This document shows, piece by piece, positions 8,590 through 17,260 of a stretch of DNA of 64,000 nt. The position numbers and the translations under genes are program-made. Origin of the DNA: an uncultured Candidatus Binatia bacterium (GTDB lineage: Bacteria; Desulfobacterota; Binatia; Bin18); assembly GCA_965214605.1 (NCBI GenBank), contig OZ243961.1, positions 320,001-384,000 of the forward strand, given 5' to 3'. Position 1 is the first letter of the stretch. The number at the start of each line of letters is the position of its first letter. Below the pieces are notes generated by a model. That model searched no databases and was not told where the DNA came from. It saw only the letters and a program-made list of their open reading frames with translations.

Positions 8590-11334
8590 ATGGCACGCAG
8601 AGAGTTTGACGACGATAAAAAATCCTATAGCGGACTCTTCCTCTTCTCTGTTGGTCTCTTACTGATGGGGACGGTCTGGTCGGTCTGGGACGACGCGGTG
8701 TCGCGTCGTCCGTGGAAAAAATACCAGGCTGAGTTCGCCCGTATGTCCTATCAGAAGCTGACCGCAGACCTCGAGCAGGAGGAGGGACGGCTGGCCAATG
8801 ATCCGGCCTACCAGGAGGCGGTGACAGCACTGGCCACAGCCCAAGCGCAGGTCAACAGCGAGGAGGGGGCTCAGCGTCAGGCCGAGCTGCAGGCCGAGCT
8901 GGCGGTTGCCGAAGTGGCGGCCGGCGATGCCGAAAACGCCCTCCGGCTGGTGCGCAGCGAGATTGAGGTGGCCTGGTACGAGTATGACCACGCCATTATA
9001 ACGAACCAGTCGACCCACGCCCCCAAGGAACATCTTGATGAGCTGCTGGCCGAGGCCGAGGTTTTGGATGCGGCCTTCAAAGCCAGCACTGCCCACCGGG
9101 ACCAGATCCAGAACGAAATTGATGAAATCACCCTCAGCGTCCGAGAGTGGAGCGATACCCTGCGGCAGCTGACCGCTGACCGCGAGCGCTTAAAACAGCG
9201 GCGGGATGATACCGTGTTGTTTGCCTCCGAGAGTGTCCTCATTCCCTACTTCCCGTCTATTGAGCAGGTGGTCTTGTCGGAGTTTGATCGGAGTAATTTT
9301 GATACCCCGCTGCAGCGTGTCGACCGCTGTATCTCGTGTCACGTGGGGATTGATCGCGGGGGCTTTGAGGACCAGCCCCATCCGTACAAAACCCACCCCC
9401 ATCGGCGGCTGTTGCTGAGCACGCATGTCGGGTGCACGCCGTGCCATGAGGGACAGGGGGTGGCCACGAATAGCATTGCCCAGGCGCACGGCAACGTGCA
9501 GTTCTGGGAACACCCGCTGCTCGAAGGGGAGAAGGTTGAGGCCAACTGCATTAAGTGTCACGCCGACGTGCAGAATGTCGAATTTGCCGAGAATATCGCC
9601 CGAGGCGAGAAGCTGTTCATGCAGGTGGGGTGCGCGGGCTGTCACCTCGTTGAGGGCTATGGCGAGGTCCGCAAGATTGGGCCTCATCTGAGACGAGTGG
9701 CGGCAAAAGCCGATCCGTCCTGGTTGGTGGAGTGGGTGACCAACCCGCACCAATTCCGCCCCCAAACCCGCATGCCGCAGTTCTTTTTTACCCAGGCCGA
9801 GGGGGAAGCCATTGCCGCCTATCTCCTCGACGCGAGTCAAGAAGCGGGCCAGGCCTGGCTGGACACGAGGCCGGCGCCACAGGGCATTGATCCGACCGAC
9901 GCCGCGCTGGTCGAACGAGGCAGAGCCCTGGCTGCTTCGGTCGGCTGCCGGGGCTGTCATATGCTTGAGGAGGGGCAAACGGCGACCCTCGTCGGCTCGA
10001 CCAAGACGTATGCGCCGCTGCTGGCCCGGATTGCGGAAAAGACCAGCCCGCGTTGGCTCTACTACTGGATCAAGAATCCCCGCGACTACTCGCCGCATAC
10101 GGCCATGCCAAGTCTGCGTCTGACCGATGAGGAGGCCACAGCCATCGTCTCCTACCTGATGACCCTGGGAGAAGAACCGGCCGCCTTTGCCGCGCGGCCC
10201 GACCTCGAAGATCCCGAGCTGATCGATCACGGCCAGGGGCTCATCCGCCAGTACGGCTGTCACGGTTGTCATGAGATTCCGGGCATGGAGAGAGAGGGGC
10301 GGATTGGGGTGGAGCTGTCCGCCTTTGGCTCCAAGACGCTCGAAGAGCTCTATTTTGGGAACCGGACCGACATTCCCCATACCTGGGATGGCTGGACGTA
10401 CTATAAGATCAAGGAACCGCGCGGCTATGCAACCGAGCGCATTGCGCAACTGATGCCGTGGTTTAATTTACCGGATGAGGATATCCGCCTGATTCGGGTC
10501 TTTCTGGCCAGTCGGACCGAAGGCGAGTTTGCCGAAGCCTACCATGCCCACAGCAAATGGACCGCGGCCTTGGTTGCGGGTGAGCGCTTAGTCCAATACT
10601 ACAACTGTACCGGCTGCCACATGATAGAGGACAAGGGGGGAGACATTCGGGCGTTGTACCACGAGAGTCCAACCCTTGCCCCGCCCATCCTCAAGGGGCA
10701 GGGCGAGAAGGTCCAACCCGAGTGGCTGTACGAATTTCTCAAAGGGCCGACCCCCATCCGTCCCTGGCTTGAGGTTCGTATGCCTACCTTCCATTTGACG
10801 GATACCGATGCCCGGACCGCGGTCGACTACTTTATCGCCCAGGCCAAGCTCGACAATCCCTACACCTTCGTCAATCCCGCCGACCTCTCGCCCCATATGG
10901 TGCAGGCGGGCAATAGGCTGATGTCCGATGACTACTTCGCCTGTTTCTCGTGTCACCAGCAGGGCGACAAAAAACCCGAGGGCCCTCCCGAGGGCTGGGC
11001 GCCTGATTTAGAGCTGGCCAAAGAGCGTCTGAATCCAGACTGGGTGGTCAGATGGATTGAAGATCCCCAAAGCCTGATGCCGGGAACGCGTATGCCGAGT
11101 TTTTATCCGGGCGGACCGGATGATATTTTAGCGGCCGATGAACCCAAACAGATGGAAGCCATGCGGGACTATATCTGGACCCTGGGCGTTTCGCAGCGGG
11201 CCGCAGAGCCCGCCTCTGCGGCGCCGGATCCGGCGGCTGGTGGGGGGGAGCGCGTGCACTCTGCTCCCGAGACCGCGCCGGGGCCCGCGTTGTCCGGGGA
11301 ATCGGTCGCGTCCTCCGCGGCGTCCTCCGGGTAG
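8590..11334 (+). CDS. Membrane-anchored octaheme cytochrome c with coiled-coil stalk
   Basis: N-terminal TM, ~150-aa coiled coil, 8 CxxCH motifs (CISCH, CTPCH, CIKCH, CAGCH, CRGCH, CHGCH, CTGCH, CFSCH); likely ATG at 8590. Confidence 0.92.
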   Translation: MARREFDDDKKSYSGLFLFSVGLLLMGTVWSVWDDAVSRRPWKKYQAEFARMSYQKLTADLEQEEGRLANDPAYQEAVTALATAQAQVNSEEGAQRQAELQAELAVAEVAAGDAENALRLVRSEIEVAWYEYDHAIITNQSTHAPKEHLDELLAEAEVLDAAFKASTAHRDQIQNEIDEITLSVREWSDTLRQLTADRERLKQRRDDTVLFASESVLIPYFPSIEQVVLSEFDRSNFDTPLQRVDRCISCHVGIDRGGFEDQPHPYKTHPHRRLLLSTHVGCTPCHEGQGVATNSIAQAHGNVQFWEHPLLEGEKVEANCIKCHADVQNVEFAENIARGEKLFMQVGCAGCHLVEGYGEVRKIGPHLRRVAAKADPSWLVEWVTNPHQFRPQTRMPQFFFTQAEGEAIAAYLLDASQEAGQAWLDTRPAPQGIDPTDAALVERGRALAASVGCRGCHMLEEGQTATLVGSTKTYAPLLARIAEKTSPRWLYYWIKNPRDYSPHTAMPSLRLTDEEATAIVSYLMTLGEEPAAFAARPDLEDPELIDHGQGLIRQYGCHGCHEIPGMEREGRIGVELSAFGSKTLEELYFGNRTDIPHTWDGWTYYKIKEPRGYATERIAQLMPWFNLPDEDIRLIRVFLASRTEGEFAEAYHAHSKWTAALVAGERLVQYYNCTGCHMIEDKGGDIRALYHESPTLAPPILKGQGEKVQPEWLYEFLKGPTPIRPWLEVRMPTFHLTDTDARTAVDYFIAQAKLDNPYTFVNPADLSPHMVQAGNRLMSDDYFACFSCHQQGDKKPEGPPEGWAPDLELAKERLNPDWVVRWIEDPQSLMPGTRMPSFYPGGPDDILAADEPKQMEAMRDYIWTLGVSQRAAEPASAAPDPAAGGGERVHSAPETAPGPALSGESVASSAASSG

Positions 11335-11383
11335 GAGGCGCGTCGGGGGAGAAGAACCCTATCCAAGTGAAGGAGGAGGAGAT

Positions 11384-12106
11384 ATGTACAGTGGTAAACA
11401 TCTAGTCGCCCTAGCTGTCCTGAGTATGCCTGTTGTTGGCCTCTCACACGCGTGGGGCTATGAGGGCGGGGCGGTGAGCAACGGAGGAACGATTCGTGGA
11501 ACGGTGAAGTTTGTGGGTGAGGCCCCGGCCATGGCCCGGATTGAAGCGACGAAAGACGTGGAGGTGTGCGGCAAAACAGAAAAGTTTGATGAGGCGCTTG
11601 TGGTTGGCGAGGGGAACGGGCTCAAGAACGTGGTGGTGTCCATTACCAATATTGAGAAGGGCAAGGCGCAGAGTGCTGAAGGCGGGACCCTGGACCAGAA
11701 AGAGTGTGTCTACCGTCCCCGCGTTGTTCTTTCCCCGGCCGGTTCTGATCTGAATATTTTGAACAACGACGGGATTCTGCACAATATTCACACCTACAGC
11801 GAGGCCAACCCTCCGATCAATAAGGCCCAGCCGAAGTTTCGGAAGAAGATGGCGCAGAAATTCGAGCAGCCCGAAACGGTGCGGGTTGAGTGCGATGCTC
11901 ATGGCTGGATGAAAGGCTGGCTCGTGGTGACCGACCATCCCTACTACGCGGTGACCGATGCCAGCGGGGCGTTTGAATTGACAGCGGTTCCTGCCGGTTC
12001 CTATAGCCTGAAATTTTGGCATGAAACGCTCGGTGAGCTGAGTCAGGAGGTCATGGTTGAGGCGGCTGGCGCGGCCTCGGTGACGGTTGAGATGGCTCAG
12101 CAATAA
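11384..12106 (+). CDS. Secreted cupredoxin-domain / carboxypeptidase-regulatory-like domain protein
   Basis: Strong RBS AGGAGGAGG; signal peptide; HNIH and CDAHGWM type-1 copper-like ligands; YAVTDASGAFEL..VPAGSY. Confidence 0.85.
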   Translation: MYSGKHLVALAVLSMPVVGLSHAWGYEGGAVSNGGTIRGTVKFVGEAPAMARIEATKDVEVCGKTEKFDEALVVGEGNGLKNVVVSITNIEKGKAQSAEGGTLDQKECVYRPRVVLSPAGSDLNILNNDGILHNIHTYSEANPPINKAQPKFRKKMAQKFEQPETVRVECDAHGWMKGWLVVTDHPYYAVTDASGAFELTAVPAGSYSLKFWHETLGELSQEVMVEAAGAASVTVEMAQQ

Positions 12107-12116
12107 TCGGGGAGAG

Positions 12117-12148
12117 AGAAGAGACCGCTGGTCGGCCTCTTCTTTTTT
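12117..12148 (+). terminator. Probable rho-independent terminator of the Rieske/b operon
   Basis: Hairpin AGAAGAGACCG-CTGGT-CGGCCTCTTCT (one mismatch) followed by a T run. Confidence 0.6.
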
Positions 12149-12161
12149 CAAAAAGCTTTCA

Positions 12162-12190
12162 TTGACTATAGTCAAAAACTTTTATTCCAA
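12162..12190. repeat. TGACTATAGTCA palindrome family, copy 1
   Basis: TTGACTATAGTCAAAAACTTTTATTCCAA, between convergent genes. Confidence 0.85.
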
Positions 12191-12213
12191 AAACGCTGAC
12201 TTGGTACTCCCCA

Positions 12214-13026
12214 CTAGGGGTTCACCACCTGTTCTCCCCTTTGCCAGCGTTGGGCTCCATCGGACTGCTCTAGCGTTTGGGCCAGAGCCTGGCAGAGTTC
12301 ATAATGGCTCCCATCAAGGCCGGCTTTGGTCAGACTGTCAATGAAACCGTTGAGCACGGCATTGCCCATGACAAACGCATGGGCATCAATGGGCACCTGC
12401 TGCGCAGACGGGCTGTGTCCATAGGCGTGTTCACATGCCGTCAGGCGCAGCGAGTTCCAGGCGCGGCATTTGAGGGGCCGGGCTTCGTAGGCCATGCAGC
12501 GGTTCTGATCTAAGAGGGGGCAGGCACGGGGCGGCTGTGGGCGGGGGGAACGAGGAGCCTGCTGGTGGTGGAGGCGGGTGGCGAGGCGGTGGCGCAGGGC
12601 GTCGAGTTCGGCGTCCGTGCAATGGCGCCGAAGCCAGGCGGCGAGGGAGAGTGCTTCGGCCGCGGTGACGAGCACAACGGGCACATAGCAGCACCAGGCA
12701 CAGCCCGCGTGGCAGGCGCGCCGGCCCTTTTGGGGGGACTGGTCAATGATCGTGTCGGCCCAGCTCTGGGCATTGGCGACGAGGCGGTCGAGCAGAGCGG
12801 TGGTGTCCGGTCCGTGGTGGATGATATCGGTGGCATCATGAAACTCGGCCGCATAGACCTGGAGTTCATGCCTGGCCGCTGGTGGTAAGCCGGGGAGGGT
12901 GTCGAGATACTGCTGGATCTGTGTCGGTGAGGGCAGCTGCTGGAGGGCGGCTTTGATCGCGGCGACCGTGGGTGGTCGGGGGGCGGGGCGTTTTTTTTGT
13001 TGCCGGCGTCGTCGTGCTCGGTTCAT
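12214..13026 (-). CDS. YkgJ-like / Fe-S cluster (CxxxCxxCC) protein
   Basis: CHAGCAWCC...CPLLDQNRCMAYEARPLKCR. Confidence 0.8.
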   Translation of the reverse strand: MNRARRRRQQKKRPAPRPPTVAAIKAALQQLPSPTQIQQYLDTLPGLPPAARHELQVYAAEFHDATDIIHHGPDTTALLDRLVANAQSWADTIIDQSPQKGRRACHAGCAWCCYVPVVLVTAAEALSLAAWLRRHCTDAELDALRHRLATRLHHQQAPRSPRPQPPRACPLLDQNRCMAYEARPLKCRAWNSLRLTACEHAYGHSPSAQQVPIDAHAFVMGNAVLNGFIDSLTKAGLDGSHYELCQALAQTLEQSDGAQRWQRGEQVVNP

Positions 13027-13159
13027 GGCGCGTTTTCTCCTGCCTCCTTCTTTTAAGCCCCTGGCGGCGGGTGTGTCAAGCGACAGGGGGGGACGGCAGC
13101 AGGCTTGCGTTCTGGGCCAGTCGGCATAAGATAGGGGGGACTCAGAAGGGAGGCACGAT

Positions 13160-13597
13160 ATGGCGACAGTCCATCAGGTATTCGACCCACTCGACGCGGC
13201 CCTAGTCCGGACCGATGAAGAGGAATGGATTCAGAGTGGAGAAGGCAACCAGTTTAAAGTGTTGCGGATCAGTAAAGAGACCGGAGCCTGGAGCGCGCTC
13301 ATCAAGGCGAAAAAAGGGCAGGTCAATCCGCCGCATACGCACCTTGGGGCGGCCGACTTTTATGTCATCTCGGGAGGCTTTGACTATCGGGGCGGTTCTG
13401 CACGGGCAGGCGACTGGGTCTATGAGCCGGCCGGAGCAGTGCACGAAGCCACCTCACATCCCGTTGATACGATTTACCTCGCGAATGTCTACGGCCCGGT
13501 CGGCTTTCACGATGCGGAGGGCAATATTGCCCAGGTCCTGGACTGGCGGACCATTCAGCTCATGGTTGATGAGGCTAAGCAAAAGGCTGACGGCTAG
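13160..13597 (+). CDS. Cupin protein (ChrR-like / 2,4'-dihydroxyacetophenone dioxygenase-like)
   Basis: PHTH..., GDWVYEPAGAVH cupin motifs; RBS GGAGG. Confidence 0.85.
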   Translation: MATVHQVFDPLDAALVRTDEEEWIQSGEGNQFKVLRISKETGAWSALIKAKKGQVNPPHTHLGAADFYVISGGFDYRGGSARAGDWVYEPAGAVHEATSHPVDTIYLANVYGPVGFHDAEGNIAQVLDWRTIQLMVDEAKQKADG

Positions 13598-13636
13598 CAG
13601 CCTTTTGAGGGAGAAGGTTTTTCCCCTCTTTACACC

Positions 13637-13660
13637 ACACTCTGACTATAGTCAGAGTGT
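13637..13660. repeat. Perfect 24-bp palindrome, TGACTATAGTCA family copy 2
   Basis: ACACTCTGACTATAGTCAGAGTGT equals its reverse complement. Confidence 0.9.
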
Positions 13661-13758
13661 AAAATTCCAGCCCCTACCAAACACCCCCTCATATCAAAAC
13701 CCCTATTAACTCTTTTGTTTTTGGGATGTAGATGTAAATTGGGGAGGAGGGTCAGAGG

Positions 13759-13786
13759 TTGGAATAGATATTTTTGACTATAGTCA
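13759..13786. repeat. TGACTATAGTCA family copy 3 (inverted relative to copy 1)
   Basis: TTGGAATAGATATTTTTGACTATAGTCA; its reverse complement matches 12163-12190 except in a short central patch. Confidence 0.85.
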
Positions 13787-13886
13787 GATTATTCTTGAGG
13801 GTGTCCACAGTTAACATGTTGAGCCCCGACCGGCCGGCATCTGCATCCCCCAGACGACGAGCCTCCCTCCTGCATCCCGACTTCTC

Positions 13887-13940
13887 ATCGTCAGGGGACA
13901 TGGTTTCAAGAATCTCGGCCCACTTGTCCCGCGCCACATT
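13887..13940 (-). repeat. 54-bp direct copy of the 3' region of the DUF151 gene (15196-15249)
   Basis: ATCGTCAGGGGACATG(G/T)TTTCAAGAATCTCGGCCCACTTGTCCCGCGCCACATT, 1 mismatch. Confidence 0.92.
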
Positions 13941-14470
13941 CCACCCCCCCAGCGTCGTCATGCTCCGAGGCGCTGACTCCACGCGCAGCGCAATCTGGGG
14001 CCTGGGGCGGCGGCCGATTCGAGCAGTGGTATGGGCGGTGATCAGCCGTAAACGCCGAAGTTTCAGCGTCTTCGCCTCAAGATGTTGCATCCGGTCACGA
14101 CGGTCTGGAAGACGGGGAAGAGGTTGAGAGGTTGATCTGAACGCCGTGGTCGCCGCACCACGGTCGCCCACGGCCGAGGGCACGCGCCCTCGCCAAAGCT
14201 GTACCTGGCCAGACAACAGGTCAAACGCTCTGAGCGCCTCAGCCGCGGCCGAGTTGCCCCATACCTTGGGGACGGGTTCAGCGGCGTAAACCGCGGGGGA
14301 TTGCCGTGATCTTGGTCATCGTGTCCGTCGCCGCGAAGAGTGAGGCGACTCGGTTGAGGTCTACCCGGTCAATCGGGACTCGCTGAGCGCCGAGGTAAAG
14401 GGCCGCATGGGGGGAGACGTCAATACGACGTCTTTGCCAGAAGTCATCAGACTTCTTATATATCCACAAA

Positions 14471-14498
14471 AGTTAACATAATATATCTTATCAGACAT
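14471..14498 (-). other. dif: dif-like XerC/XerD recombination site
   Basis: Minus strand ATGTCTGATAA-GATATA-TTATGTTAACT: 11-6-11 layout; XerD arm differs by 1 base from E. coli TTATGTTAAAT; AT-rich and intergenic. Confidence 0.75.
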
Positions 14499-14524
14499 AA
14501 AAGGCGCCCCGCAACCCCCCGCCC

Positions 14525-15172
14525 TTACTCGACGAGCTTATACTCCACGAGCGCTTTTAAGGACGGGCTGGGGCTGACTTCGAGAAAGCGCCGATAGTAC
14601 AGGCGGGCCTGTTCGGGATCGTGGGTGTTCTCACAGAGCCGGGCCGCGGCCCACAAGGCCGGGGCCTGCGCCGGTCCCGGGCTGTCGGCCGCCCGGCTAT
14701 AGTGGCGGCGCGCGCGCGCGAGATCGCCCGCCTGCTCGGCGGCGTCGCCGAGCTTGAGCCAGGCAAACGGGACGAGGTAGTGGGCGGCGGCCGGCGGTGG
14801 GGCGGCGGCGACCATGGCGCGGTAGGCCTGGAGCGCTCTCTCGGGGTCGTGCGGCTCAGCCGCCCGGCCCAGGTACCAGAGCGCCAACTGGCGCGGCCGC
14901 CCGGCCAAGTGCGCCGCCGCGGCTTCAAAATGCCCGACCGCCCCGGCCGCGTGCGCCGCCATCCCCACCCGCAGGGCCTCCAGGCCGTGCGCGGTCTGGG
15001 CCGACCAGACCAGGCGGCCCCCGACCCAGGCACCGCCGATGAGGACTCCCAGGCTGGCCAGGCTCAGACACAGGCGCCGCCGGTGCCGACTCCACCGCGC
15101 CACCGGTCCGGCCCACCGCGCCAGCCGCTCAAGCGGCTGACGACGGAGGGTCGCTTTTCGTGCGGGTCGCAT
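14525..15172 (-). CDS. Membrane-anchored TPR protein
   Basis: One TM helix followed by TPR-like helices (AWLKLGDAAEQAGDLARARRHY; ARLYYRRFLE). Confidence 0.7.
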   Translation of the reverse strand: MRPARKATLRRQPLERLARWAGPVARWSRHRRRLCLSLASLGVLIGGAWVGGRLVWSAQTAHGLEALRVGMAAHAAGAVGHFEAAAAHLAGRPRQLALWYLGRAAEPHDPERALQAYRAMVAAAPPPAAAHYLVPFAWLKLGDAAEQAGDLARARRHYSRAADSPGPAQAPALWAAARLCENTHDPEQARLYYRRFLEVSPSPSLKALVEYKLVE

Positions 15173-15177
15173 GCCGG

Positions 15178-15693
15178 CTACATCTTGTATTTGAAATCGT
15201 CAGGGGACATGTTTTCAAGAATCTCGGCCCACTTGTCCCGCGCCACATTGGAGAGGTCGGTGTCGTCCTTTTGCCCCTCCTGGTGCACCACGCTGGAGGC
15301 CTCAAGGACCTGTTTGGCCACGAAGATCGGGCTTTTGGTGCGCAGGGCTAAGGAAATCGCATCGCTCGGGCGGGCATCAATGGTCAGCGTGGCGTCCCCC
15401 GCCTGCAGACGAATGGACGCGTAGTAGGTGTTGTCCTTGAGCGCGGTGACCTCAATCGATTCGACCCGGCCGCCGAGCTCGGCAATCAGCGTGTGGAGCA
15501 AATCGTGGGTCATCGGGCGCGCCATCTGAATGCCCTCAAGCTCGGTGGCCATGGCCGTGGCTTCCATGAGCCCAATCCAAATCGGCAGGTTGAGCTTATT
15601 GTCGACATCCTTGAGCAGAACGATGGGCGTTTTGGTCATGGGGTCGAGGGTTAATCCCCCGACACGCATCTCAATAAAATTCTCTCGGGCCAT
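15178..15693 (-). CDS. Bifunctional nuclease family protein (DUF151)
   Basis: LPIWIG, RPMTHDL, IDARPSDAISLA motifs. Confidence 0.92.
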   Translation of the reverse strand: MARENFIEMRVGGLTLDPMTKTPIVLLKDVDNKLNLPIWIGLMEATAMATELEGIQMARPMTHDLLHTLIAELGGRVESIEVTALKDNTYYASIRLQAGDATLTIDARPSDAISLALRTKSPIFVAKQVLEASSVVHQEGQKDDTDLSNVARDKWAEILENMSPDDFKYKM

Positions 15694-15781
15694 AAATTCC
15701 CCCTTGCTCCGCCCTCACGGGTCTCCCCGCCCCACTCTGCCGTGCCCCGCCCCACAGCAGGAGACCCTCGCCAGGGCCCCG

Positions 15782-17194
15782 CTAGGCCGTGACCAACTGA
15801 TCGATCACCCGGTAGAGTTGGTTGAGGTTGCGGCACTCTTCGACCATCGTGCAGTAGGGCGCGTAGCGATCCATCTCGCTATCCCCAAATCCCCAGGTGA
15901 GCTTACTCTCCGGGTTGAGCCAGATCACCTGCTTGGCGTGCTGCTGGAGCTCTCTGAGCACCCACTCGTGGGGCAGATTGTAGTTATTGCGCGCGTCTCC
16001 CAAGATAATCACCGTGGTGCGCTTGGTGATCGTCGCAAAATGGTCGCGATGAAAGGTCCGAAACGCCCGGCCGAAGTCCGAATGGGCGTAGAGGTTGATC
16101 AGATTGCCCCGCAGCGATAAGTCGATGGCCGCGTGAATATCGTTGTCTTCGAACAGCCGGGTGACCTCGCCGAGGTCGGCGACAAAAATATAGCTGCGCA
16201 CCCGCGCGTAGAGATCCTGGATCGAGTACACAAACTGGAGCATGAAGCGCGAGACGTTGCGGACCGAGTCCGAGACGTCGCACAGGATGACCACCTGGGG
16301 CTTTTCTTTTTTCTTTTTGTCGAGCACGATCTTAAACGGCACGCCTCCGTACTGGAGGTTTTTGCGCAGGGTTTGCTGCAGATCAAACCGCCCCTTTTTG
16401 GCGTGTTTGCGCCGGATGGCAATCACCTGCTTGAGGCGCTGGGCGAGCCGGGCGACCGCCTCTTTCATTTTCCGAATCTCGTCTTCGGTCAGATAATAGA
16501 AGCTTTTATCGGCCAGGCTGCGCATCTTGTGCTGGTCGCGGACCTGGGCGTCCTGCTTCTCTAACTCGGCCCGCACATAGCTGCGAATCATGTGGGCCAA
16601 GTCCTGCAGGCGTCGGTCGAGATAGCCCATCATCTGCTCGATCTGTTCGGGCGACAGGCCCGCCTGCTGCAGGGCGTCTTTGAGCGTGGCCAGTTCCTGG
16701 GTCAGCTGACCGAAGCCGAGCTGCTGGGCGACCGCATTGGCAAACTGTCCCTCTTGAAACGCGCGCTGAATATCCTGCAGGTTGGCCTGCTCGGCCGCTT
16801 CGCGCAACAGGCGCTCCAACTGCCCGGTGTTGTTCTCCAGGAGGGCCCGGGCCAACTCGGACAGCTCAGCGCCCATGTGGGCAAGCGCGTCTTTGAGCTG
16901 CTCGAGAAACTGCGCGAACTCCTCTTCGGACAGCTCCATGGCCTGCCTTGTCTCGGCCCCGGCCTCTTTGATGATGTCCCCGAGGCCGGTGAAAAACATG
17001 TCGAACAGTTCGTCATAGACCGGGATGTCGACCACGCGCTTGACCAGGGTTGAGCGCAGCGTGTCCTTGACCACGGCGCGCTCGCCAAGGCCGAGCAGCC
17101 CGAGGGCGGCAAAGGTGTCCATATTCTCGGCGGCCGACACCTTGAGGCCGTTCTGCCGCAGGAGATTGCCAAATTCGATAATCTTATCGTCCAT
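15782..17194 (-). CDS. VWA domain protein (CoxE-like)
   Basis: CDVSDSV MIDAS-like motif, ILGDARNN, WLNPE, ECRNLNQL. Confidence 0.9.
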   Translation of the reverse strand: MDDKIIEFGNLLRQNGLKVSAAENMDTFAALGLLGLGERAVVKDTLRSTLVKRVVDIPVYDELFDMFFTGLGDIIKEAGAETRQAMELSEEEFAQFLEQLKDALAHMGAELSELARALLENNTGQLERLLREAAEQANLQDIQRAFQEGQFANAVAQQLGFGQLTQELATLKDALQQAGLSPEQIEQMMGYLDRRLQDLAHMIRSYVRAELEKQDAQVRDQHKMRSLADKSFYYLTEDEIRKMKEAVARLAQRLKQVIAIRRKHAKKGRFDLQQTLRKNLQYGGVPFKIVLDKKKKEKPQVVILCDVSDSVRNVSRFMLQFVYSIQDLYARVRSYIFVADLGEVTRLFEDNDIHAAIDLSLRGNLINLYAHSDFGRAFRTFHRDHFATITKRTTVIILGDARNNYNLPHEWVLRELQQHAKQVIWLNPESKLTWGFGDSEMDRYAPYCTMVEECRNLNQLYRVIDQLVTA

Positions 17195-17260
17195 ACCCTA
17201 CCCTCTACAGAGAGGGGTGGCCTGAGCCCTCGGGGGAGCCCCCGCCGCCGCCCCTCAGCC

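Noticed and set aside
9190-10449. Long antisense ORFs (e.g. 9190-10449, 62004-62927, 58545-59546)
   Set aside because: Shadow frames of well-supported genes in high-GC DNA; no motifs of their own.
13887-15249. 54-bp near-identical repeat as a DGR template/variable pair
   Set aside because: Only one mismatch, short length and no reverse transcriptase in the window; better explained as a duplication scar.
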